Below, one piece after another: positions 54,606 through 64,000 of a stretch of 64,000 nt of DNA (position 1 is its first letter; the number at the start of each line of letters is the position of its first letter). The notes under the pieces are model-generated. The model was not told the DNA's origin. It saw nothing but the letters and a program-made list of their open reading frames with translations, and searched no databases. The DNA is from Octopus bimaculoides. Taxonomy: Eukaryota. The stretch covers positions 47,166,186 through 47,230,185 of the forward strand of contig NC_068988.1 of the NCBI RefSeq assembly GCF_001194135.2, in the 5' to 3' direction. Both the position numbers and the translations under genes were made by a program.

Positions 54606-55160
54606 TACCGAGGATTACTTTAAGCGTAGAGATATTCGCGGAATACTCAGCCACATAGAGGCTAATTCCAGTTTATTTAATCGCGTAACTCAATAATCAT
54701 TGTCAGAACCGACGGGGATCCATTTATAAATGTATGTATGTGTGTGTGTATGTTTGTGTGTGTATGTATGTCTGTATTGTGTTTGTGTGTGTTTGTGTGT
54801 ATATGTGTGTGCGTGCGTGTGTGCACGTACGTATGTATGTTTCTACTTGTTAGAAGATTCACGTTTCCTTTGATATATCAACCAAAACGTTCCTATTAAA
54901 ATAAGCACATATATAAATGCCAAGCATTGAGAAATGATATTCAAAGGAAGACAAACGCATACACAGATACACACACATGCACACTTACATACATATCGAT
55001 ATATAGAGTAGAGAGAGAAAGAGGTTGATACAAAGAAAGAGAGAGAGAGAGAGGTGGGGTAGTAATCAATATACTTATGTAAAGGTAGTCATCTGCTTCA
55101 AGAATCTGATGCAATACCTTAATAAATGTCAATATATATGAGGAAAAATATCCACTTATA

Positions 55161-55207
<47 letters not shown>

Positions 55208-56537
55208 GTACATATGTATGTATGCATGTATGTATGCATGTATGTATGTATGTATATATGCATCTATGCATTGGCGTCCGTATGTGTATACTAAAATATG
55301 CCGATGCTTTCATATCAATAATTACATAATAACTATTAGGCCAAAAATTCATATCTGTATACATCATGCATACATGATTCGTCCTCTCATATGTGTGTGT
55401 GCGTGTGAGTGTGCATACAAGCATGTCTATATATACTCATATACATGCATACATACGCATGCAAACATGCGTTCGTAGTCTTCTACACACATACCCGTGT
55501 TAACATTGCAAACGCCAAAAAACATCAAAAAGCTCATATTGAAGGTGAATATGATGTGTATTTACATTTGGGTCTCCTGCGAATTACGTTCTCGCTGGGT
55601 CTCCCACGACAGTCTTGCCTTCAGTGGCCTCTTGTCTATTACTAAGTATTTCCACTATGCTTTATGCTACTTTGCCAGGGTAACTAACAACTGATTGCAT
55701 TGAATCTCACCGAAATTAATCTAAGCCCTCAATCATTCCCTTTTCTACCTCTATCACAGCATCTGTGAAAAGAAGAGAACCAACGAGTCTGTATATAGTA
55801 ACCTTTTTTCTACAAAACTCCTTCACTACTAGACATCACCCACTCTCGCTCATGTAACTCTTTATTGACCCACCATTCTCTCTTAGAATAGCTAATCTCT
55901 GAGTGAGTTTATAGAGAGGTGGGTGAAAGTTGCGAAAATGGCAAGAGTAAATAGCACCTCTCGGAGAAAAAGAATTGGAGACGGCACTTGCTCCTGGTGG
56001 TCAGAGAAATCTCGGACAGTGAGGTTCCTCGACTATCCCTAGAGGTCATCCTGTATCAGGAGGGCAATATCTCTATCATCCTCCCCCATTTTTTATATTT
56101 TCAATTTTTATTTATTTATTTATTTATTCATTTTTCTTTAATCCTGTGTATACTATGTATATTTCCTTTCATTTTCATTGTATACTGTGTACTCTTACAT
56201 TTTTTTGTTATTTAATTATTTTATCATTTCATTATATATAAACCCTAACGCATTATGTCTGGCTTTGTATTACCCCACCCTCATCCTTCACCCTGGTTGC
56301 AAATAAATGAAATCATCATTATTATTATTACTTTTGGTTTGACTCAGATTCGGGTCTTATTTCTGGTAGAGTTTATGTGGGTAACGTTTTACAAGTTTCC
56401 AGGGGGTCTTTCAAGTTCTTAGAACCCTCCTTATGATCCTTCTTGTTCCTAAGAGACAACCTTTTTCTAAGAGCTCTACAGGGCATTCTATTCCAATACC
56501 CTTTAACCATTTGTCTACCACCACCACCACCACCACC

Positions 56538-56592
<55 letters not shown>

Positions 56593-57094
56593 CCATCACC
56601 ATCATCATCATCGCCATCAGCATCATCGCCATTAGCACCATCGTCTATCTTTAGCACTCGTTTTTGATTACCTATCTTTATTACTCTTCGCCAGTCTTTC
56701 TCTCTTCTCATATAATTCCCTCCTATCATGCTTTACTGATATCCACCTCCCAATCTCTCACGTCCTCTCTCCATTATCCTCTCCTAACATCACCCGATTT
56801 CTTCTGCATCACTCTTTTTTCTTCTCATCGTGCCTTAATGGTATTTTCTATTTAATCTCTTCAACAAAAAGAAAAAAATTCTGCTTATCATAGTGTCTTG
56901 TTTTACTTCCTTTACTTTACTTCATATTTTCTCACTCCTATCACTAACATAATACAATCATTTTATTCTTTCAACCTACTTTTCTCTACTATTCTTCGTC
57001 ATAACTCACATTTCTATTCACCCTCCGTGTCACGTTTGCTTGAATGAACAGGGATAACTTTTAGTACATACGACTTACTAATTAATATTTGCAG

Positions 57095-57182
57095 GGGACA
57101 GACTAACTTCTCTGTTACTGGTGACATGATAAACTGTACCCATTATAAAGTGAAAAGGAGATGTCAAAGGAACGAAGGCAAG
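57095..57182 (+). CDS. Candidate exon, product unknown
   Basis: Branch-point-like TACTAAT, acceptor tttgcag, donor AAG|gtaagg; only one frame is open (GQTNFSVTGDMINCTHYKVKRRCQRNEGK). Confidence 0.3.
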
Positions 57183-58274
57183 GTAAGGTAAAAAGTGCTC
57201 ACCAATCTTCGTTGGAACTAGACAACTACGTTACTGCTGGTATGAGAATAAAATGCATTTATTATAATTTGAGAAATTATTTGTGTTAGGGAGGATGTCG
57301 AGCAATAGAAAGCACGCAAAATTGAAATTCACGAGGAATTTGAGGACTTTTGAACCGTCTATAATGATGTAATTCCAAATAGGAACTGACGCAATCCTTA
57401 TTGACGCGTCCATCCCATGGAGTATGGAAATGTGAATAGCTGACACAAATGATACGGATGATTCATACACACTCAGATAAACACTCATACACAAACACAA
57501 GCACACGCATACACACATGCAAATATCCATATAAGCATGTGTACATGCATATATGGATATTCGTCAGAATACAAATATTGATATGTACCAGATATAGACC
57601 TGAGTGATGTTTGAATATAATATTAAAAGAGCATAACCAAATTCAAAGTATATTGGCTGATATGGAACATCTAGATGTGATGGTAAGGTGTGAAGTAATG
57701 TGCGAACAGGAGGTAAGTTGCAGGTGTGCGTGTGTGTACCATGTGCCAGTGCGTATGGGGTGTTTTCAGGTCATGTAGAGATATAAATGTATAGGATAGT
57801 GTATGAGCTCTGTGTGATGCCTGCATAAATGTAATGCTCTATAGTGAAATGCAAGGTGGGATGACGAAATGCAGTACTCTTGATGCAGTAATATTTCCGT
57901 GATCACGTTATTCATACTCGGTATAGTCGTGGAGAAAATGCAGCAACTGAGGCAGAAGATAAGACATTGTTCACGTTGATAGCGTGAGGCTGTGGATCCG
58001 CGTTGCGAAACCGTGTGCCTGAATGAGTTGAAGTGGCCCGCAAACGGGCGATCTAATGATGTTTATGTGGTTTTTACATAAATGTTTATTGAAACGATCT
58101 GCTAAACTACAGCCGGTTCACCAAAACACACGCACACTCCTCCCACACACATGTGTGTGTATGACTTTATGTGTCACTATTAGAGCATAATCGGTTTTAA
58201 ATATTTGAAAATAATTTAGAGTTACAATCCAAATGCATTATTCTTAGATTGCAAACCTAATTACTAGCATTCAT

Positions 58275-58602
58275 ATAATTAATCAACGAAAACTTTTCGA
58301 CCTCGACAGAATTTGAACTCAGAAAATAAAGATAGACGAAATACAGCGAAGTATTTCATCCGGCGTGCTAACGTTTCTTATTTCTTTACTGCCCATATGG
58401 GGCTACACACAGAGGGGACAAACAAGGACAGACAAACGGATTAAGTCGATTATATCGACTCCAGTGCGTAACTGGTACTTATTTAATCGACCTCGGAAGG
58501 ATGACAGGCAAAGTCGACCTCGGCGGAATTTGAACCTCAGAACGTAGCGGCAGACGAAATACCGCTAAGCATTTCGCCCGGCGTGCTAACGTTTCTGCCA
58601 GC
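58275..58602 (-). mobile_element. SINE dimer: a tail-2 copy joined to a truncated main-family copy
   Basis: Junction CGTGCTAACGTTTC|TTATTTCTTTACTG at 58377/58378, identical to the junction at 795/796. Confidence 0.85.
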
Positions 58603-59584
58603 AAGCTGCTTTACTGGAAGAATTATTGAAGAAGGAAGAGACGGCTATAAGTAGATGAATTGTCAGAAAGTAGAAGACTATTCCGAACAGATAGTCGATA
58701 TCCCATATTAGATAACAGAAACCTCAAGCTTCATATTCATATATTTGTCTCTGTATGTTTCTATATAAGTGACTGAGTGAGAGTGCATATGTAAAATTTT
58801 TAATATCTGTTGACGGAAATTACACACACTCAAACAACCACACACACATACACGCATGCACACACGTATACACTCTATCACACGCACACACATTGATATA
58901 TACACACACGCTAAATACGAATATATTATCACACGTGCACTGACTGATGTTATATGTTTGGCAAGATTCAGCAACAAATCTGCTTGCATTCTATTTAGCT
59001 TTAAAAGTGTGACAAGAATTAAGTGCGCGTATGTAAGTAGATGTATATTACGTAATATATAGAATTTGTATATATATGCACGCGTGTGTGTATATATATA
59101 TGGAAAAATATATATAGACACATAATTTAAAATTGTATATATACACACACATGTATACACACACATACACACACACTCAAATACAATTAGGCTTGTCCGA
59201 CCCCAGTTGAAATAAACAGCCGGAATACACCCTCGGAAATCGAATCACATATCTATCATAATATCAGCGACTTTGTTAAACATTACACCAAAACCCCTCT
59301 TTATATACAGAAATTAGTACGTATTACCATCATGTATTAATATAATATACAATCTTTTTTTGTATCAATATCATCGCTATTTGATAGGTGCTTAAGCGTA
59401 GGCTGTACAACGCTTAGTTTATATTAATTTTCATATTTATCACAGTTTCAATGCTGAAATTCACTGTGTGACTTTATTAATGATACAAAACACTTTCTAG
59501 CATACATATTAGTAGTCGAAAATAAGCTTAATTGAATTGAATATTTATTTATAAACGAAAACGTTTCTCGTTTACGTATAACAC

Positions 59585-59990
59585 CTACTGGTAATTTTGG
59601 CTTCGAATTTTAGCACAAGGAAGCAGTTCGGTGAGAGAAGGTTCGTCGGTTACAATGGTCTCGATGCTCAACTGGTACCTATTTTATTGACACCGAGAGG
59701 ATGAATGGCAAAGATAACCTCGGCGGAATTTGAACTCAGAGCGCAAAGTCGGAAGAGATGCAGTGAAGCATTTTTCCCGACGTGCTAACGTTTCTGCCAG
59801 CACGCCGCTGTGCCTACTAGAAATATGCTTTTCTATTCTAGGCACAAGGCCCGAAATTTTGTGGGGAGGGGGTCAGTCGATTAGATCAACCCCAGTCCAC
59901 AGCTGGCATTTAATTTATCGACCCCGAAAGGATGATAGGCATAGTCGACCTCAGCGGAATTTGAACTGAGGACGTAAAGCCTACTAGTAA
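59585..59990 (-). mobile_element. Two tandem main-family SINE copies
   Basis: ~59585-59810 (degraded, full length) and ~59825-59990 (tail-1, 5'-truncated). Confidence 0.75.
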
Positions 59991-60985
59991 TATTAGCATT
60001 ATCTATGTATGTATGTATGGCGATACATATATATGCAAGTGCAGTATAATGCCTTATTCAAATCAGATTTGGCAGTTGCAACGTATTGTATGTCACTGCA
60101 ATCAGCAGAGAAAAATGTGTGTTATGGCACAATACATAGAAATACTGACATATTAAATAGATTTATACAGCATATATTGTTTTGCATTTTAGTGAGTTTT
60201 ATATTTTATTATAGTTTTAATGCATTTAGGCAATCTTTCACTAGGAAAACACCTAGCACTTTCATACCATATATTTTTCTATGCCAAATGTTTGCGTTAT
60301 NNNNNNNNNNNNNNNNNNNNNNNNNNNNNNNNNNNNNNNNNNNNNNNNNNNNNNNNNNNNNNNNNNNNNNNNNNNNNNNNNNNNNNNNNNNNNNNNNNNN
60401 NNNNNNNNNNNNNNNNNNNNNNNNNNNNNNNNNNNNNNNNNNNNNNNNNNNNNNNNNNNNNNNNNNNNNNNNNNNNNNNNNNNNNNNNNNNNNNNNNNNN
60501 NNNNNNNNNNNNNNNNNNNNNNNNNNNNNNNNNNNNNNNNNNATATATATATATATACACATACATACATATATATGCAAGTGCAGTATAATGCCTTATT
60601 CAAATCAGATTTGGCAGTTGCAACGTATTGTATGTCACTGCAATCAGCAGAGAAAAATGTGTGTTATGGCACAATACATAGAAATACTGACATATTAAAT
60701 AGATTTATACAGCATATATTGTTTTGCATTTTAGTGAGTTTTATATTTTATTATAGTTTTAATGCATTTAGGCAATCTTTCACTAGGAAAACACCTAGCA
60801 CTTTCATACCATATATTTTTCTATGCCAAATGTTTGCGTTATAATTCCAGGTGCGAATATATGTATATATGTGTGTGCATGTATGAATACTTACATATAT
60901 ATATTAGAAAAACATAAATCCGGAGAAGAAGCACACTGTAAGAAGTAGAGCAGTCTATATGTTTTTCTTGGTGAAGGCCAACTTA

Positions 60986-61050
60986 TTGGGTTACCTTAGG
61001 TTTCCCGTCAATAAACGGTTTAACTTTATGGTGTATCCTCAGAGCCTCAA
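60986..61050 (-). ncRNA. Atypical hammerhead-like motif, left IR
   Basis: CTGAGGA-17 nt-CCGT ttattg ACGG-GAA-ACC taa GGT-A-ACCCAA; GUA triplet. Confidence 0.45.
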
Positions 61051-61132
61051 GACCTGTTGGCCTGTGACCTCTTTAAAATATGGCGAGGATGTCTGAATTA
61101 TCTCCCTTTGCCAATGGCTATCGACTCCCGGC

Positions 61133-62010
61133 AACAACAGAATCACCACCACCACCACCAACACAATGGGCAGCTTTAGCGACGTCACCAAAAACAACAC
61201 CAACGAAACGCCCGACGACACAATCATTAAGATCAGCTACAGAAACGTCGCCTTCAACACCATCCTTACCAACAACTTCGTTGATGTCCACTGTAGCAAA
61301 CCTGCCAGCGCCGACACTGGCAGGACTGATTGTAGCAGCAGTAACGGACCCAGTGCCGACACCAACTATATTGGCAACACCACCAACAACGGCCCTAGTA
61401 GAAGCACCAGCATAATCTCAACTAATGACACCGCTGGCAGTAGTAGCAGCGCCTCCATAACCAGCAACGGCGATAGTATTACCAAAGCTACCCGTACCTT
61501 CGTGAACACCAACAGCCCTAGCTCCAGCAACTGCACCGTCGATGACGACAGCAGCAGCAACAACAACATTAGCGATGACATTGACAACATTAATAGCATT
61601 AGCAACAATATAAACAGGTTATTTACCGGCAACACATGCAGGGGCGGTAACTTTACCGACTCAATCACCGCTTCCAACAGCACCACCACCAACACCAGCA
61701 GTCCCAGTTCCAGCATAATCGACATCAGCAACATCAGCATCAACTGCGACAACATCAACGGTGACAGCAACGACAGCAGCAACATCAACAGCAGCAGTAA
61801 CAATAACATCGTCAACAACAACACCGTCAATAACAACATCGTCAACAGCATTAATAGCAGCAGCAGCACCACCACCAGTAATGTCAACAACATCGGTGAC
61901 AGCAACGGCAGCAACGACATCGGCAACTACATCTAGATCAACAGCAGCAGCAACGACAGCAGCAACTGTGGCAAAACAACAATAATAGGCACAACACCGA
62001 CATCTCGCGT
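61133..62010 (+). repeat. Triplet-periodic low-complexity tract dominated by NCA triplets; gives the 256-aa S/N/T-rich ORF at 61166-61936
   Basis: Triplets are mostly ACA/GCA/CCA/TCA and single-substitution derivatives. Confidence 0.85.
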
Positions 62011-62340
62011 CAACGGAAATATATAGGTTGTACGGAAATTCATTCAAGAAGCGTGTTTCCAACCATCGATACTCTTTCAGTGTCCCGGAAAGAAGATATG
62101 TAACATCGCTGGTCAACCACTTTTGGCAAAGTTCCACACTCGATCTCATGGAAAATCCTTGAACACCCAGGCCCCTACATCTACGGGACGAAGTGCTGCA
62201 AGCAGTACATAGCGGAATGCATAAGAATCCTAATGAACTCACTCAAAGCATTGGCTATACTTAAGTCCAGAACGGAGATTTCCGGGCCAAGTTTGCATTT
62301 TAGGCTGGCCTTTGGGAAACCGCCGAAAGTTGATAGCTAA
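62011..62340 (+). pseudogene. Penelope-type GIY-YIG endonuclease, C-terminal portion, frameshifted
   Basis: KYIGCTE / NSFKKRVSNHRYSF...YVTSLVNHFWQ / ISWKILEHPGPYIYGTKCCKQYIAE..IL...LKSRTEISG..H, colinear with the PLE pattern YIGxTxxxFKxRxxNHxxSF...WxIL...CxLCxxE...LNxRxE. Confidence 0.75.
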
Positions 62341-62480
62341 CGGGAGAGGGAGATAATCTCCTATTGTTTACCATTACAGCTGAACGATGAAAGTACGGCC
62401 GGAAATCGATAGCGATTGGCAAAGGGAGATAATCCAGACTTCCCCTCCATATTTCAAAGAGGTCATAGGCCAACAGGTCT

Positions 62481-62544
62481 TGGGTGTCTGACGATACACC
62501 ATAAAGTTTAACCGTTTATTGACGGGAAACCCATGGTAATCCCA
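62481..62544 (+). ncRNA. Atypical hammerhead-like motif, right IR
   Basis: TGGGTGT-CTGACGA-17 nt-CCGT ttattg ACGG-GAA-ACC cat GGT-A-ATCCCA; GUA triplet. Confidence 0.45.
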
Positions 62545-64000
62545 TAAATCGACCTTCACCAGGATAAAAAAATTATATATATATATATATATATATNNNN
62601 NNNNNNNNNNNNNNNNNNNNNNNNNNNNNNNNNNNNNNNNNNNNNNNNNNNNNNNNNNNNNNNNNNNNNNNNNNNNNNNNNNNNNNNNNNNNNNNNNNNN
62701 NNNNNNNNNNNNNNNNNNNNNNNNNNNNNNNNNNNNNNNNNNNNNNNNNNNNNNNNNNNNNNNNNNNNNNNNNNNNNNNNNNNNNNNNNNNNNNNNNNNN
62801 NNNNNNNNNNNNNNNNNNNNNNNNNNNNNNNNNNNNNNNNNNNNNNNNNNNNNNNNNNNNNNNNNNNNNNNNNNNNNNNNNNNNNNNNNNNNNNNNNNNN
62901 NNNNNNNNNNNNNNNNNNNNNNNNNNNNNNNNNNNNNNNNNNNNNNNNNNNNNNNNNNNNNNNNNNNNNNNNNNNNNNNNNNNNNNNNNNNNNNNNNNNN
63001 NNNNNNNNNNNNNNNNNNNNNNNNNNNNNNNNNNNNNNNNNNNNNNNNNNNNNNNNNNNNNNNNNNNNNNNNNNNNNNNNNNNNNNNNNNNNNNNNNNNN
63101 NNNNNNNNNNNNNNNNNNNNNNNNNNNNNNNNNNNNNNNNNNNNNNNNNNNNNNNNNNNNNNNNNNNNNNNNNNNNNNNNNNNNNNNNNNNNNNNNNNNN
63201 NNNNNNNNNNNNNNNNNNNNNNNNNNNNNNNNNNNNNNNNNNNNNNNNNNNNNNNNNNNNNNNNNNNNNNNNNNNNNNNNNNNNNNNNNNNNNNNNNNNN
63301 NNNNNNNNNNNNNNNNNNNNNNNNNNNNNNNNNNNNNNNNNNNNNNNNNNNNNNNNNNNNNNNNNNNNNNNNNNNNNNNNNNNNNNNNNNNNNNNNNNNN
63401 NNNNNNNNNNNNNNNNNNNNNNNNNNNNNNNNNNNNNNNNNNNNNNNNNNNNNNNNNNNNNAAGGATTGGAGAAAACGCATGTTATAATTGCATACTTTA
63501 TTCCTACATATGTTTCAAAGGATTACAACCTGTGTGATCCATAGGGATCTTTGATATTAAAATTGTAACCTTCTCATCAGGGAAAGCATGGGAATCATCT
63601 TAAACGTAGGATATTATGACCGATTATGAAAACAATAGATGGATAAGTTTATGACTTGATTCATTTGAAAAAAACCGTTAGAGAATTGGACGCTGCCGGA
63701 TAGTGGGTTGGACAACACATACCAATCAATGTGTAAGAGCGTACATGCATACATAAATACACATACACAAACACACACATATACATGCCTACTGATACAC
63801 ACACACACACAAATATAAATGTGTGTATATGATTGCGTATACAAGTGTATGTGAGTGTGCGTGTCCACATGTGTATGCATGTGTATATGCACGCATGCAT
63901 GTGTATGTATGTATATATATGTATACATATGTATATACGGGTGCACATGTGTATGTATGTGTATATGCGCATATATGTATGTATATGTGTGTGTGTGTGT

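Larger units (their letters stand above)
60962..62570 (+). mobile_element. Non-autonomous Penelope-like element bounded by ~170-bp inverted repeats
   Basis: 60962-61132 is the reverse complement of 62398-62570 (21 substitutions in ~165 aligned nt by hand); internal GIY-YIG remnant; right end abuts (TA)n. Confidence 0.75.
6133..63460. other. 15 assembly gaps, most flanked by (TA)n or (CA)n
   Basis: N runs at 6133-6630, 6986-6995, 9045-9150, 10554-10715, 17379-17766, 18328-18841, 19713-20591, 22094-22103, 39916-40271, 40576-40585, 41554-41612, 46327-46336, 47818-47880, 60301-60542 and 62597-63460. Confidence 0.98.

Noticed and set aside
62380-62414. Second hammerhead-like string CTGAACGA...GAAATCGATA
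   Set aside because: The core has an extra base, there is no credible stem II or stem I, and the left IR copy lacks GAAA.
6041-63481. Long ORFs with X runs or YI/CV/HT repeats
   Set aside because: These are translations of N gaps and (TA)n/(CA)n microsatellites.
1-64000. CRISPR arrays, rRNA genes or prokaryotic operons
   Set aside because: None seen; the repeats are microsatellites or dispersed eukaryotic elements.

Overview
This is AT-rich, repeat-dense eukaryotic non-coding DNA from a gapped scaffold (15 N-runs). The SINE families and microsatellite spectrum look like an octopus/coleoid cephalopod; that assignment is my inference. I cannot confidently identify any host protein-coding gene, and almost all ORFs in the supplied track are microsatellite or N-gap artefacts. 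Supported content: (1) a TTAA-flanked piggyBac with perfect 13-bp TIRs and a decayed transposase; (2) three R4/Dong-type LINE fragments and one very old RTE LINE; (3) Tc1/mariner remnants; (4) more than 20 tRNA-derived SINEs, including a complete 2x2 head/tail module matrix and SINE-in-SINE insertions; (5) several Penelope-like (PLE) relics carrying hammerhead-ribozyme motifs. The most interesting object is a ~1.6-kb element at 60962-62570. It is bounded by ~170-bp inverted repeats, each retaining an atypical hammerhead core, and it encloses a GIY-YIG remnant plus a triplet-periodic low-complexity tract where an RT would be expected. All alignments, folds and identities were done by eye, so decayed-repeat boundaries are approximate.
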